From Gemmatimonadota bacterium (GTDB taxonomy: Bacteria; Latescibacterota; UBA2968; UBA8231): a stretch of DNA of 64,000 bases. Position 1 is the stretch's first letter. Each line of letters begins with the position of its first letter. The notes below the pieces were generated by a model that saw nothing but the letters and a program-made list of their open reading frames with translations, was not told the DNA's origin and did no database searches. Position numbers and translations under genes: made by a program. Below, piece after piece: positions 36,492 through 47,772 of the stretch. Location: NCBI GenBank assembly GCA_038128265.1, contig JAYPJE010000003.1, forward strand, positions 1 to 64,000. The letters run 5' to 3'.

Positions 36492-39400
36492 TCACGAAGT
36501 AGCGTGGTAGTCTTGCAGGGCACACACGTCGAGGCCCGTGCGCAGCAGGGCGGCAATGCCTTCCGCTGCGGCGCGCGCACCGGCCAGCGTCGTCGTGTAG
36601 GGCACGTTGTTCATAACGGCCGCACGGCGCACGACAAAGTCGTCGTACTGAGACGGTTCGTCGAGCGGCGTGTTGATAACCAGCGCGATATCGCGATTGC
36701 GAATGGCATCCTCGATATGCGGTCGCCCTTCGTGCACTTTGCGGATCACCCCGGCCTCAACCTCGTTGGCAACCAGGTAGTCGCGCGTACCCTGCGTAGC
36801 AATTATGGTGAATCCGGCCTCTAATAGGCGCTTGGCCACGGGCACAATGGCCGGCTTATCGCGATCAGCTACGCTGATAAATACGCGTCCCTGCGCTGGC
36901 AGAACGGTATTAGCTCCCATTTGCGCTTTGAGAAAGGCCGTGCCAAAATCGCGACCGACTCCCATGACTTCTCCGGTCGATTTCATCTCCGGTCCCAGCA
37001 CGCTGTCAGCGCCGGGAAACTTGATAAAGGGCAGCACAGCCTCTTTAACGGAAATGTGCTCGGGAACGATTTCCTCGCGAACCCCCTGTGCCTCCAGACT
37101 GGTGCCAACCATTGCACGCGCGGCGATCTTGGCCAGCGGCCGCCCTATCGCCTTGCTGACAAAGGGCACCGTTCGCGAGGCGCGCGGATTGACTTCCAGC
37201 ACGTAGACTTCCCCCTCGTGAATGGCATACTGCACGTTCATGAGTCCGATGACGTTGAGCGCCTTGGCCAAGGCATGGGTATAATCGCGCAGACGCTGTA
37301 AATTTTCTGGCGTGATGCTGTAGGGAGGCAGCGCACAGGCACTGTCGCCGGAGTGCACGCCGGCGTGCTCGATATGCTGCATAATGCCGCCAATAACGAC
37401 GTCTTTCCCATCGGCCACGGCATCGACGTCAAACTCTTCGGCTCCCTCTAAGTAGCGATCGATAAGCACCGGACGCTCGGGCGATACGTCAATGGCCTCG
37501 CGCATATAGTTTTCGAGGCTGGCCGCATCGTAGACGATAACCATGGCGCGTCCACCCAGCACGTACGAGGGGCGCACCAGAACCGGATAGCCGATGCGCT
37601 CGGCCACTCCACGCGCCTCGACAAAGCTGCTAGCCATGCCGTTTTCCGGCTGTCGAATGTCGAGTTCCCTGAGCAGGTTGCCAAAGCGCTCGCGGTCCTC
37701 TGCCAGGTCGATGCTGGCCGGCGTCGTGCCGATGATCGGCACGCCTTCGCGCTCCAGTTCGGCCGCCAAGTTGAGCGGCGTTTGTCCGCCGAACTGCACG
37801 ATCACCCCATCGGGCTGTTCGCGACGCACTATATGCAACACGTCTTCGACCGTGAGCGGCTCAAAATAGAGCTTGTTGGCCGTGTCGTAATCGGTGCTCA
37901 CCGTTTCGGGGTTGCTGTTGACCATGATCGTCTCGTAGCCGTCTTCGCGCAGGGCAAAGCAGGCGTGCACGCAGCAGTAGTCGAATTCGATTCCCTGCCC
38001 TATGCGATTCGGCCCGCCGCCCAGGATCATGATCTTCTTTTTGTCGGAGCGCTCCGCCTCGTCTTCGCGGTCGTAAGCCGAGTAGTGGTAGGGCGTATGC
38101 GCGGCGAATTCGGCAGCACACGTGTCCACTGTCTTGTAGACGGGGAATAGGCCTAGCGCGCGGCGGCGGTCGCGCACATCGGCTTCGCTCAATCCGCTCA
38201 CGTGTGCCAACTGGCGATCGCTGTAGCCCCATTCCTTGGCCCGGCGCAGCAGCGCAGCGTCTTCGAAACTGCCGGCGGCGCGCATCTCGGCTTCGCACTC
38301 GATCAGCTGCAGCAGATGATCCAAAAACCAGGGATCGATCCCCGTGAGCTTGTGCACCTGTTCAAGCGAGTAGCCCTTCTCAAAAGCGAGCTTCAAGTAG
38401 AAGATGCGCTGTGAGTTGGGCACGAGTAGCTTTTCACGCAGTTCCTTATCGCTAACCTTTTCGCTGGAAAAATCTTTGCCGTCAGCTCCCCAACCAGCGC
38501 GCCCCACTTCGAGGGAGCGCAGTCCTTTTTGCAGGGACTCTTTAAAAGTGCGACCGATGGACATCGTCTCGCCGACGGAGCGCATCTGCGTGTCGAGTTG
38601 ATCGGGCGTGCTGGGAAATTTTTCAAAGGTGAAGCGCGGGATTTTCGTAACCACGTAGTCGATTGTCGGCTCGAACGACGCCGGCGTTTCGCGCGTGATG
38701 TCGTTGGGAATCTCGTCGAGGCTGTAGCCAACGGCTAGCTTCGCCGCAATTTTCGCGATGGGAAAACCCGTGGCCTTCGAGGCCAGAGCGGACGAGCGCG
38801 AGACGCGCGGGTTCATCTCGATAACGGTCATGCGCCCGTCGGCGGGGTTGACGGCAAATTGAATATTTGAACCGCCGGTGTCCACGCCGATCTCGCGAAT
38901 AACGCGGATCGCCGCATCGCGCATGATTTGGTACTCCTTGTCGGAGAGCGTTTGCGCAGGCGCCACCGTCAAGCTGTCGCCCGTATGAACGCCCATCGGA
39001 TCAAAGTTCTCGATAGAGCAGATAATGACGACGTTGTCGGCGTGATCGCGCATGACCTCGAGCTCATACTCTTTCCAACCGAGCACCGATTCCTCAATCA
39101 ACACTTCATCAATCGGACTCAGGTCGAGTCCATGTGCGACAATCCGCTCAAACTCCTCCGCATTGTAGGCGATGCCTCCACCGCTCCCACCCATGGTAAA
39201 CGACGGCCGTATAATGGTCGGGTAGCCCAGCTCCTCCTGATGGCGAAGCCCTTCCTCCAGCGAATGGATAAAAAACCCGCGCGGCATATCGAGACCGGCG
39301 CGATCCATCGCAGCCTTGAACAGTTCGCGATCTTCCGCCGTCTTTATCGCATCCAGTTTAGCACCGATCAATTCGACGCCATACTTGTCGAGCGCACCGC

Positions 39401-39713
39401 TCTCGGCGAGAGCCACGGCGGTATTGAGCGCCGTTTGGCCACCCAGCGTGGGCAAGAGCGCCTGCGGGCGCTCGGCGGCAATAATCTTGGTGCAAATTTC
39501 TGGCGTTATGGGCTCTATGTACGTGCGATCTGCCATTTCGGGATCGGTCATAATCGTCGCTGGATTGCTGTTCACCAGCACGATCTCGTATCCTTCTTCG
39601 CGCAGGGCCTTACAGGCCTGCGTTCCCGAGTAGTCGAATTCGCAGGCCTGCCCTATGACTATGGGACCAGACCCGATCAACATGATTTTCTTTATGTCTG
39701 TGCGCTTGGGCAT
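36492..39713 (-). CDS. carB: Carbamoyl-phosphate synthase large subunit
   Basis: [24 protein letters not shown], duplicated ATP-grasp domains, C-terminal MGS domain. Confidence 0.98.
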   Translation of the reverse strand: MPKRTDIKKIMLIGSGPIVIGQACEFDYSGTQACKALREEGYEIVLVNSNPATIMTDPEMADRTYIEPITPEICTKIIAAERPQALLPTLGGQTALNTAVALAESGALDKYGVELIGAKLDAIKTAEDRELFKAAMDRAGLDMPRGFFIHSLEEGLRHQEELGYPTIIRPSFTMGGSGGGIAYNAEEFERIVAHGLDLSPIDEVLIEESVLGWKEYELEVMRDHADNVVIICSIENFDPMGVHTGDSLTVAPAQTLSDKEYQIMRDAAIRVIREIGVDTGGSNIQFAVNPADGRMTVIEMNPRVSRSSALASKATGFPIAKIAAKLAVGYSLDEIPNDITRETPASFEPTIDYVVTKIPRFTFEKFPSTPDQLDTQMRSVGETMSIGRTFKESLQKGLRSLEVGRAGWGADGKDFSSEKVSDKELREKLLVPNSQRIFYLKLAFEKGYSLEQVHKLTGIDPWFLDHLLQLIECEAEMRAAGSFEDAALLRRAKEWGYSDRQLAHVSGLSEADVRDRRRALGLFPVYKTVDTCAAEFAAHTPYHYSAYDREDEAERSDKKKIMILGGGPNRIGQGIEFDYCCVHACFALREDGYETIMVNSNPETVSTDYDTANKLYFEPLTVEDVLHIVRREQPDGVIVQFGGQTPLNLAAELEREGVPIIGTTPASIDLAEDRERFGNLLRELDIRQPENGMASSFVEARGVAERIGYPVLVRPSYVLGGRAMVIVYDAASLENYMREAIDVSPERPVLIDRYLEGAEEFDVDAVADGKDVVIGGIMQHIEHAGVHSGDSACALPPYSITPENLQRLRDYTHALAKALNVIGLMNVQYAIHEGEVYVLEVNPRASRTVPFVSKAIGRPLAKIAARAMVGTSLEAQGVREEIVPEHISVKEAVLPFIKFPGADSVLGPEMKSTGEVMGVGRDFGTAFLKAQMGANTVLPAQGRVFISVADRDKPAIVPVAKRLLEAGFTIIATQGTRDYLVANEVEAGVIRKVHEGRPHIEDAIRNRDIALVINTPLDEPSQYDDFVVRRAAVMNNVPYTTTLAGARAAAEGIAALLRTGLDVCALQDYHATS

Positions 39714-39751
39714 GCCAATATCGTTTTCGCTAAGCGGTTGAGAGCACATAC

Positions 39752-39787
39752 AAAAACAGAGATGCGCCGGAGCACATCTCTGTTTTT
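39752..39787 (-). terminator. Intrinsic terminator about 40 nt upstream of carB
   Basis: AAAAACAGAGATG...CATCTCTGTTTTT symmetric hairpin. Confidence 0.7.
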
Positions 39788-39851
39788 GCGGAACTCCGAA
39801 TTATAGAGGGAAGACGATGATGCGAATAAATCTGTGCACCCCATCTTGCCA

Positions 39852-40373
39852 TTAGGGACTTTGGATAATCCCTAGATAAATGAGCAATACAATGAGACCG
39901 ACCGTCGTCGCATAACCCAACTTTAGGACGAGCAGGCGATACTGCTCCCAGTCGCGCTTTTTCCGGATGCGCAACTTGGGCTCTTCCCCGATCTCACCTT
40001 GAAAGCGCTGCTCGTCAATAAGCCGCACCAAATTGGGGTCGTAATCGGCGATGGCCTTGAGAATGAGGCGCTTGCGGCGCGCAACCTTCTCGGCGAACGC
40101 TTCGCGTGCCACTTCGCCGCCGCCACCCGCGCTGACCGTCCCTACTTCGTTTTGACCTTCGCCGGCGTGATCGGCTATGAGAATACAGGTCTTTTCCTTG
40201 GCCAATTCCTCGGTCAGCCCGCTGATCGCCTCACGGTCTCTGACGTTGGCTTGCAAAACGGCGAAGCACGTATCGATAAAACGCTTGAAGTCGCGGCGGA
40301 TTTCCTCTTCAGAGAGTCCTAGCAGGTAGGACTCTTCGATGGCTTCCTCAATGGCTTCTTTTACGCTGGACAT
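39852..40373 (-). CDS. Hypothetical protein with a C-terminal TM helix
   Basis: Open frame filling the gap, co-oriented with neighbours; hydrophobic C-terminus. Start uncertain (40373 or 40409). Confidence 0.65.
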   Translation of the reverse strand: MSSVKEAIEEAIEESYLLGLSEEEIRRDFKRFIDTCFAVLQANVRDREAISGLTEELAKEKTCILIADHAGEGQNEVGTVSAGGGGEVAREAFAEKVARRKRLILKAIADYDPNLVRLIDEQRFQGEIGEEPKLRIRKKRDWEQYRLLVLKLGYATTVGLIVLLIYLGIIQSP

Positions 40374-40499
40374 AGTGCACACTCTGCTATCTATAGTCAT
40401 AACGAACAAAGACTTAGGACATGAAAAACCAACATCAGCCGGCCCGCAAACCCTCCTCGTCTATGATCCCTCATAGGGTACTGCATCGGCCAGTGCATG

Positions 40500-42083
40500 T
40501 CAAGTATAACCGGACCGATTCGAGGCCATTTCCACCAGCGCGTTCGGCACCTGCGCGGCGATATCTCCGGCCAGCATACTCCACTCTCCAAGGTCGTCGC
40601 GTGCCCGATCTCCTGCGGCGCCGTGCACATACACAGCAAGGCAGGCCGCATCGCGCGCCGACATCCCCTGGGCCCAGAAACCGGCCACCAGCCCCGTTAG
40701 TACATCGCCCGCACCCGCAGTGGCCATGCCCGCATTGCCCGTGGGATTGACGAGCACCTGACCATCGGGTAGAGCGATTAGCGAGGGGGCTCCTTTCAAT
40801 ACCAATATTACACGGTGCTCTTGCGCAAAAACCCGGCTCACGCCGATCGGATCGGCGCGAATCGCGTCGCGATGCATACCGGTCAGGCGTGCAAACTCGC
40901 CGATATGCGGCGTCAAAATCGCCTCGCCAGACCGCGCCCGCAGCACGTCTGTGCAGCCGACCAGCGCGTTGATTCCATCCGCATCCAGGACCAGCGGCAG
41001 CCGGCAGCGCCCGACGATGCGGCGCACCAACTCAGCCGTCTGTCCGTGTGCCCCTAAACCGGGTCCCAGGGCCAACACGTCGGCGCGGCTGTATAGTGTC
41101 TCGATCTCACCGAAAGCGCGCAGTGCCAAACAGCGCTGGCGACGCACTTCGGGTAAGGGCCGCGTCATAACCTCGGTTAACTTGACCTCTAGCACGTCGT
41201 TGAGACTGGCGGGAATGCCCAAACTCACGCGCCCGGACCCAGCGCGCAGCGCCGCTTCGGCCGTCAGCGCCGCTGCCCCCGTCATGCCCACAGAACCGGC
41301 GACGACCGCTACGCTCCCGCAGCTTCCCTTGTGCGCATCGCCCGAGCGCCGAGGCAGCACGGAGCGCAGCGCGTCGGCATCCAGCAAATGGGCAACAGGG
41401 GATACGGCCTGCACGGCGCGTTCGGCAAAGCCGATATCTGCCAGGTGAAGCACGCCGCAGCGGGCGCGCCCTGGATAGAACAGCTGACCCACCTTGGGCA
41501 GGCCAAATGTCACCGTCAATACGGCCTGCACACAGCTTCCCGGCGTCGCTCCGGCGTCGGCGTCAACGCCCGACGGCATATCGACGGCCACGACGGGACG
41601 CCCCGATGCGTTTAGTGCCTCAATGGCCCGCGCAATCTCCCCCCGCGGGGCCGAGCGCAAACCAATCCCCAACAATGCGTCAACGGCCACGTCACACTCA
41701 GCCAGCGCCGCGCCCAATGCCGCCCCTTCGCCGTTTAATACTTCGACCGCTACCCCCGCGTCCTCCAAGCGGCGCATATGCTCGGCAGCATCGCCACGCA
41801 CCGCGTCCCTATCCGCACATAAGAACGCGCGGACGTGCGCCCCGCCGTCGTGCAAGAGGCGCCCCACGACAAAGCCATCTCCACCGTTATTGCCCTTGCC
41901 ACAGGCGACAACCGCGCTTAGCCCAACCACGCCGTCCCAGCGCGCGGAAATCGCCTCGACCACCGCGCGGCCAGCCCGCTCCATCAATTCGCTGCCGGGC
42001 ACGCCGCATTCGTCAATCGTCATGCGATCTACCGCATACATCTGCTGGCTGTTAACGAGTTGAGTCCGTTGCACTGCGGTCAC
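40500..42083 (-). CDS. nnr: Bifunctional NAD(P)H-hydrate epimerase/dehydratase (NnrE-NnrD, YjeF)
   Basis: LMERAG, GKGNNGGDG, DMPSG, HKG..G, LDADG, TPH.GE, ATAGAGDVL; GTG start at 42083 inferred. Confidence 0.95.
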   Translation of the reverse strand: MTAVQRTQLVNSQQMYAVDRMTIDECGVPGSELMERAGRAVVEAISARWDGVVGLSAVVACGKGNNGGDGFVVGRLLHDGGAHVRAFLCADRDAVRGDAAEHMRRLEDAGVAVEVLNGEGAALGAALAECDVAVDALLGIGLRSAPRGEIARAIEALNASGRPVVAVDMPSGVDADAGATPGSCVQAVLTVTFGLPKVGQLFYPGRARCGVLHLADIGFAERAVQAVSPVAHLLDADALRSVLPRRSGDAHKGSCGSVAVVAGSVGMTGAAALTAEAALRAGSGRVSLGIPASLNDVLEVKLTEVMTRPLPEVRRQRCLALRAFGEIETLYSRADVLALGPGLGAHGQTAELVRRIVGRCRLPLVLDADGINALVGCTDVLRARSGEAILTPHIGEFARLTGMHRDAIRADPIGVSRVFAQEHRVILVLKGAPSLIALPDGQVLVNPTGNAGMATAGAGDVLTGLVAGFWAQGMSARDAACLAVYVHGAAGDRARDDLGEWSMLAGDIAAQVPNALVEMASNRSGYT

Positions 42084-42084
42084 C

Positions 42085-42816
42085 CTAGCTTTCCCAGGGA
42101 CGGAGTATTTCGCGCAGCGAACGCGGGGCCTCCTCGTCCCATTCTTCACCCGTATAGCGCATCAGCACACCGCGCATATAGAGGCTCATCCACAGCGACC
42201 AGGCAGTAAAGACGCCGCAGAACATACCCACGCCGCTGAATGCACCCACGACCAGAAAGACACCGAATACTGCGCATTGGAATAGCGAACCTCCAGCATG
42301 AGCCACGGCGAGCAATGCGCTCTTGCGCAGCGTCTCCCCCATGCCCGTATCCTGCGTGACGAGCAGCGGCAGTATATAGAGCGCTACGGCCGTCAACCCG
42401 AGGAGTAACCACGCCATCAGCGCGCCCAAAAAAAGACCCCACCAGCCGGCAAAATCGCTGTAGAACGCGGCATTCAGCACCAGCGTAGCGCTGATGGCCA
42501 GCAGCGCCAACTGCAGCAACTGAGCGCGCAGATAGAACCCCTTTAGCGATCGCAGCGCATCCCCCAACCCGACTTCTTGTCGACGCACCCAAGCCGCACA
42601 AACCCAATATGCCAGCGTCGATGGGGGCGAAAAGAAGGCGACCACGACAGCGAGCACGCCGCCGCCAACGGCCCCCCAAGGCCCCAGGGCAAACCCGGTC
42701 TTGGCAATGGCGTAGGCGCATGCCAGATAGGGCAGATTCAACACGCTCCACAGCACATTGTATAGCACCACGCCGCCCAAATGGTCGTAGCACATCCACC
42801 CGTAGCGCTTGAGCAT
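42085..42816 (-). CDS. Integral membrane protein (YesL/DUF624-like)
   Basis: About 5-6 TM helices, YD.LG..VLYNVLW pattern; start overlaps the upstream stop. Confidence 0.65.
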   Translation of the reverse strand: MLKRYGWMCYDHLGGVVLYNVLWSVLNLPYLACAYAIAKTGFALGPWGAVGGGVLAVVVAFFSPPSTLAYWVCAAWVRRQEVGLGDALRSLKGFYLRAQLLQLALLAISATLVLNAAFYSDFAGWWGLFLGALMAWLLLGLTAVALYILPLLVTQDTGMGETLRKSALLAVAHAGGSLFQCAVFGVFLVVGAFSGVGMFCGVFTAWSLWMSLYMRGVLMRYTGEEWDEEAPRSLREILRPWES

Positions 42817-44066
42817 CAGCCCCCTTCTACCCCGCGCAGCATAAACTCCGCATAGGTATGTGCCGTGAGCGTTACATCGCGCACGCGCACGCGCTCGTCT
42901 ATACCGTGTGCATATTCGCCTTTGACCCCATACCCAATGCCCGGCATCCCGCCATCAACCACAAAGTAGTGCAGGTCGGTAAATCCCGTGGTAACGCGAA
43001 ATCCCGCGCTGCGCCGGCGCACGCTGCGCACGGCACTGGCAAAGGACTGACACAGCGGGTGCTGCACGTCGACGACGCACGGCTCTATGCGCAGCGGCGA
43101 CTCAATCCGGCAGGTAGCGGGCTTGCACTGGCCGGCCAGACGCCCTAGCACCTTGCGTAATTCGCCCTCCACGCGCGCGATTTGTTCGCCGGGCACGAGG
43201 CGGCGATCAAGCGAAAATCCGGCGCGCGCGGGGACCGTGTTGATCTTATCGCCCGCACCGCCGGCAAATACGCCCCCAACATTCAGCGTCGGGCTCCGAT
43301 ACAATCCATTGAAGTCGCGATAGCGACGCACATGCGCAGAAAGCTTGTCCTTGTAGGGCCCCAGCCCCGTCGCCATAGCGGCCATCGCTTCAAATGCGTT
43401 GACGCCGTCCTGCGGGCGCGAGGCGTGGGCCGACTTGCCGCCGACGTCTACTTCTAACCACAGCACGCCGTTGTGGCCACAGCCCACGTATGCACCAGCC
43501 GCCCCTTCACAGACCACGGCGTAGTCGGCCTTGCACAGTCCTTCGCGCACTACGTACCCAGCACCCAACTGACCGCCCGTTTCCTCGTCGGCCGTAAACG
43601 AACACTCGACATTGAACGCCGGCTCGACGCCGCTCTCTCGCAGTGCACCAATAGCCATTAGCAGCGCGGCAATCGATCCCTTCATATCCCCCGATCCACG
43701 GCCGTAGACGGAACCGGCGGCTACGCCAGGCTCAAATGGATCGCCAAAGCGCCAGGAGCCAGCAACCGGCACCACGTCGTAATGTGCGTTAAAGTGCACG
43801 GTCTTAGGAGCGCCGACATCCCAGCGGGCAATCAGGTTGTAGCGCGGATGGTCCGTCGACCCAAGCAGGGCGCGCACCTCGTCGTCTGGCACTCTGTGTA
43901 TTTCGACGGACAGGCCAACGTGTTCGCTCTGCTCTTTCAGCAAATCGACCATTTCGCGATAGCGACAGCCCGGTGGGTTAACCGTCGGTATGCGCACCAT
44001 GTCCTGCAGCATACCGAGCAGGCGTTTTTCGCCGCGATCTATGTAGTCATGCTCCTTGCTGCCCAT
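42816..44066 (-). CDS. M20-family metallohydrolase (ArgE/DapE-like)
   Basis: HYDVVP, GRGSGDMKG, DEETGG, AHGIDE. Confidence 0.92.
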   Translation of the reverse strand: MGSKEHDYIDRGEKRLLGMLQDMVRIPTVNPPGCRYREMVDLLKEQSEHVGLSVEIHRVPDDEVRALLGSTDHPRYNLIARWDVGAPKTVHFNAHYDVVPVAGSWRFGDPFEPGVAAGSVYGRGSGDMKGSIAALLMAIGALRESGVEPAFNVECSFTADEETGGQLGAGYVVREGLCKADYAVVCEGAAGAYVGCGHNGVLWLEVDVGGKSAHASRPQDGVNAFEAMAAMATGLGPYKDKLSAHVRRYRDFNGLYRSPTLNVGGVFAGGAGDKINTVPARAGFSLDRRLVPGEQIARVEGELRKVLGRLAGQCKPATCRIESPLRIEPCVVDVQHPLCQSFASAVRSVRRRSAGFRVTTGFTDLHYFVVDGGMPGIGYGVKGEYAHGIDERVRVRDVTLTAHTYAEFMLRGVEGG

Positions 44067-44075
44067 ATTGACTCC

Positions 44076-45218
44076 CTATGCACCCTGCCGACGGGCGCGA
44101 ATTTCAGTTGAGGAAATATCCATGCGGAAGGCGCTCTCGGCGATGGGCACAAAGAGCGCTCCCAGAGCGGCTGGCACCGCCACGTCGTCCAAGGTCTGAT
44201 ACCCCCCCTGCATCTGCCGACCGGCGACCCAAAAACACACGCCGCGATCGAGCAGTTCGGCCAGCGCGCGCTCCATGGCCGACGGCCCCCCGTCATAGTA
44301 CTTGCCGTCGACAAGGCGCATCGCCGTATCACAGCCGATGACAAAGTGCGGCGCACAAAAATGGGAAGCCTTGCCGTAAAACGTGGGCTCTCGCGTGAGA
44401 ATGGCGCGAAAGCGACCGCGCAGCGATGCCAAGCGCGTCTCGATTTCGGCGCGCTCCAGCGGGTCTTTGTCGACATTGTTGACGGAGAGTTCCAGCGTCG
44501 GGTCGCGCCCGCTCAGTTGTCCGGCCACCTGCGCCAGCTGGCAGTGGCCCTCGTGCAGGGGGTTGAACGAGCCGGGATAGAGCAGGCGAGCGCTGCGGTC
44601 CACGTCGACGTGGACCGCTCCGTCTATGCCGATTTCCACGACGTCTAATCCGCCTTCCAGGAGCAGAGCGAGCGGATCGTCTATTGCTACTTGCTCGGTG
44701 TTCGCTTCGGCCCACTCCGGCAGCTGCGCGTCAAAGCACACGTCGAAGGCGCCGGCGATATGTGCCAACGCCCAGCGGCTCAGCACCCCCTCCTGCTCGG
44801 TGCGTCCGGCCGATCCCTTGCGCAGGTTCAACTCGCAAAAGCGGTAGCTCTCGGCCGTGCGCAAGGCCAAATGGGCGCGGTCTTCTCCGCGTCGGGCACG
44901 CTCCGTTGCCAGCGCAGCCGTCAGCCCAACGCCAAGGTGGGACACCGGGCGATCACCGCAGCGCCGAGCCCGTCCATAGGCAACGGCAGCCATATCGCGG
45001 GCCGTTGCCCGCGCGACGCGATGGGGCCCAGGGGCCTGCACATAGTCCTCTAACACCTTATTGCCATAGGGAATTTGCGCCTCGAGCAGCACGCGTGAGG
45101 CACCCGGGTGGTCAAATAGCCAGTTGAGCAGTGCAGAACCGCCGCCCGTCACGGCCAACGCCACGAGCATATCGCCGCTTACAATCTCCTCTACGGCCGA
45201 CCAGATTGCGCTATTCAT
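44076..45218 (-). CDS. CinA-C-like domain fused to an HxGH nucleotidyltransferase (NadD-like)
   Basis: N-terminal AVTGGG..PGASR; C-terminal PGSFNPLHEGH, VIGCD, DISSTEIR. Confidence 0.8.
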   Translation of the reverse strand: MNSAIWSAVEEIVSGDMLVALAVTGGGSALLNWLFDHPGASRVLLEAQIPYGNKVLEDYVQAPGPHRVARATARDMAAVAYGRARRCGDRPVSHLGVGLTAALATERARRGEDRAHLALRTAESYRFCELNLRKGSAGRTEQEGVLSRWALAHIAGAFDVCFDAQLPEWAEANTEQVAIDDPLALLLEGGLDVVEIGIDGAVHVDVDRSARLLYPGSFNPLHEGHCQLAQVAGQLSGRDPTLELSVNNVDKDPLERAEIETRLASLRGRFRAILTREPTFYGKASHFCAPHFVIGCDTAMRLVDGKYYDGGPSAMERALAELLDRGVCFWVAGRQMQGGYQTLDDVAVPAALGALFVPIAESAFRMDISSTEIRARRQGA

Positions 45219-45223
45219 CGCGC

Positions 45224-46639
45224 TTAGCCGAGAAAGAAATCAAGCGCCCCGCGCACGCCCCAGACCGTCAGAAAGAGGCCACTGACGAGATTGACCAACA
45301 GCAAACCGGGCCCCATGCGCAGCGGTTTCGGCAAAAAGGTGCGGTCTGTCCACACCATCAGCAGACACCACAGACCGCAGGTCAGCACACCGCCAAATAT
45401 GGCCGCCGGAGTCACTATTTGCACCGGGTTACCCCCAGCCCACATAATGGCGATCCCACCGATGCCGCAGTAGGCTACAACCCAGGGACGCAGCGAACCG
45501 ATTGACATCGCGCGTATTTTCTGGGAAACCGGTCGCAGACACTCGTGCGTGGTGCGCACATAGAGCTCATAGGCCGCCATAATCGTGCCAAAAAACGCCG
45601 TAAAAACGCCAAATTGATACAGGTAGAGCAGAGCCGGATGCAGGCGCACGAGAAAGTCGGCCTGCACCGATAGCAGCTGCGCGTCGGCCGGAACGATTTG
45701 CTCGGGACGCAGCACGGCGGCGCCGAGAATCATGAACGCCATCGTAAAGATGACGACGCAGCCAAAAGAAACGGCCGAATCGATCAGCGGTCCGCGCAGC
45801 CACTGGCGACCAAGCGCTGTATTCTCCTCATCGTCTGCAATGGTCACGCCCTCGGCGCCGGCGGCGCTCGAACGCCCCATCAGCCCCCACGCCTTTTCCC
45901 TCAGCATGCCGATATAGCCAAAGTAATCCTGCGACCCCCCGCCAATGGCTCCCAGATAGGTCCCCAATTCCAAAACGGCGGAACGCGCGGCAATGGCAGG
46001 ATACTTGGCCGCCACCCAGCTCTCGTAGACCGGCATCGTCGGGACAATGGTGCCCAGCAGGACGGCCAGCCAGTCCGGCTGAGCCGCTGCAGCTGCCGTG
46101 AGAATAGACAGCAGCAGCACGCCGACAACGGCGGTTTGTACCTTTTCTAATGCGCCATAGCTCTGCACCATGGTTATGGCGATCGCCAGTAGGGCAAAGG
46201 CCGTTCCCCACACCCTGTCATCGCCCCAAATAGCCAGACCTTCCGCACCCAATATCCACACGACGAGCCCGCCCAGCATTTTCGGCAATCCAGATAGCCA
46301 GAGCGGAAAGCACAGGACCGTCATAATGGCCAAAACCCAAACCACCCACCCGCGCGGCCCCGGCAAATAGGCCCAGCGTTCGATGGGGTGCTCGCCCGTC
46401 AACGTCATGTAGCGAGCCGCCGTGTAGACCTGGACAAACTTCATCAGGCCTCCTCCGACAAAGCACCAGAGCAGGGCGTAGCCGAACACGGCACCGCCGC
46501 GCGAAGCAAACACCGTTTCGCCGCTGCCAATCGTCACCGAGGCGATGATGGCACCCGGTCCGAAAATGCGCAGCATGGCCCCCAACCCACGCGCCTTCAT
46601 GTCCTCACTAAGTGCTGGATAGCGAAGCGCTTGGCTCAT
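45224..46639 (-). CDS. Nramp-related (YcsG-like) membrane transporter
   Basis: GPGAIIASVTIGSGE, G..FGYALLW, RY...TGE; about 11 TM helices; lacks the DPGN motif of MntH. Confidence 0.8.
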   Translation of the reverse strand: MSQALRYPALSEDMKARGLGAMLRIFGPGAIIASVTIGSGETVFASRGGAVFGYALLWCFVGGGLMKFVQVYTAARYMTLTGEHPIERWAYLPGPRGWVVWVLAIMTVLCFPLWLSGLPKMLGGLVVWILGAEGLAIWGDDRVWGTAFALLAIAITMVQSYGALEKVQTAVVGVLLLSILTAAAAAQPDWLAVLLGTIVPTMPVYESWVAAKYPAIAARSAVLELGTYLGAIGGGSQDYFGYIGMLREKAWGLMGRSSAAGAEGVTIADDEENTALGRQWLRGPLIDSAVSFGCVVIFTMAFMILGAAVLRPEQIVPADAQLLSVQADFLVRLHPALLYLYQFGVFTAFFGTIMAAYELYVRTTHECLRPVSQKIRAMSIGSLRPWVVAYCGIGGIAIMWAGGNPVQIVTPAAIFGGVLTCGLWCLLMVWTDRTFLPKPLRMGPGLLLVNLVSGLFLTVWGVRGALDFFLG

Positions 46640-46752
46640 TGTATTTCTCCTGTTTTAATCGCTGAACGACGTATGATACCCCCGACCGATTCGCTTGTCA
46701 AATACGGGTACTCCCAGCATATTTGCCTTTTCATTGTTACTCGGAGACCGCC

Positions 46753-47691
46753 ATGCACATAACCAAAGCCGTCGTTCCCGTGGCCGGCCTAGGCACGCGC
46801 CTGCTGCCCACGACAAAGGCCGTCCCCAAAGAGATGCTTCCCGTCGGACGCCACCCCATCATTCAGCACGTTGTCGAAGAGCTTATCGAGGCCGGCATTA
46901 CCGACATCCTCTTTGTCTCCAGCCGCAGCAAGGGCGCAATCGAAAACCACTTTGACGACTACTCGGAGCTGATCATTCACCTGGAGCAAGGCCGCCACGA
47001 AATGAGTCAGGTGAGCCGCTTTGACTACCGCCAGCGTGGCATTGAATTTTTCTTTACGCGGCAGCAGGTGCCGCTCGGACAGACCAAGCCCCTTGGCACC
47101 GGCGACGCCGTGGCCGCCGCAGAGAGCTTTATTGGCGACGAATCGTTCGTGGTTGCGTTTGGCGATAGCATCGTGCGCTCGCAGGGAGCTCCCACGCTGC
47201 TACAGCGCATGGTCGACTCCCACACCCAAAACGCATCAGCCTGCACCATCGCCGCCTATGAGGTCCCCCAAGAACTGGTGCACCACTACGGCATCGTCGT
47301 CCCGCACCCTGATGAGAGCGGAAACCCCGACTGCCGCTTAACCGATATTTTGGAAAAACCCGCGCCAGACCAGACGCCCAGCCGTTTAGCCATCAGCGCG
47401 CGCTACCTATTTTCTGCCGATATCTTTGCGCGCATTCGCAGCGTCCCCCCTGCGCCCAACGGCGAGGTCTATCTGACAGACGCCATTGCCGCCCAGATAG
47501 AAGCCAACTGCATGGTGCGCGCCGTCACCCTACAGCGCGGCGAAGTGCGCTACGACATAGGCAATCACCGCGCCTACTTCAAGACCTTTATAGACTACGC
47601 GCTGGCCGATCCCGAGTGCGGCGACGAAATGCGGACCTATATGGAAGAGCTGCTCAAAAAGGACGACGCGAGTTCGCTTGACAAAGGCTAG
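46753..47691 (+). CDS. galU: UTP-glucose-1-phosphate uridylyltransferase
   Basis: KAVVPVAGLGTRLLPTTKAVPKEMLP, PLGTGDA, GEVYLTDAI, RYDIG. Confidence 0.9.
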   Translation: MHITKAVVPVAGLGTRLLPTTKAVPKEMLPVGRHPIIQHVVEELIEAGITDILFVSSRSKGAIENHFDDYSELIIHLEQGRHEMSQVSRFDYRQRGIEFFFTRQQVPLGQTKPLGTGDAVAAAESFIGDESFVVAFGDSIVRSQGAPTLLQRMVDSHTQNASACTIAAYEVPQELVHHYGIVVPHPDESGNPDCRLTDILEKPAPDQTPSRLAISARYLFSADIFARIRSVPPAPNGEVYLTDAIAAQIEANCMVRAVTLQRGEVRYDIGNHRAYFKTFIDYALADPECGDEMRTYMEELLKKDDASSLDKG

Positions 47692-47772
47692 GCTGTCTAT
47701 ACTTTAGCCGTCTCAACTCACTTATACATCATTTAGTCCACGTACTCAACATATTCGGAACAAGGTGAACGC

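Noticed and set aside
38928..39806. 292-aa plus-strand ORF, and similar shadow ORFs such as 54270-55091, 60879-61517, 15982-16728 and 17245-18054
   Set aside because: Antisense or alternate-frame shadows of well-supported genes, expected in GC-rich DNA, with no motifs.
47725..47756. Possible Rrf2/CymR-type operator upstream of the sulfite reductase
   Set aside because: Symmetry too weak to support by eye.
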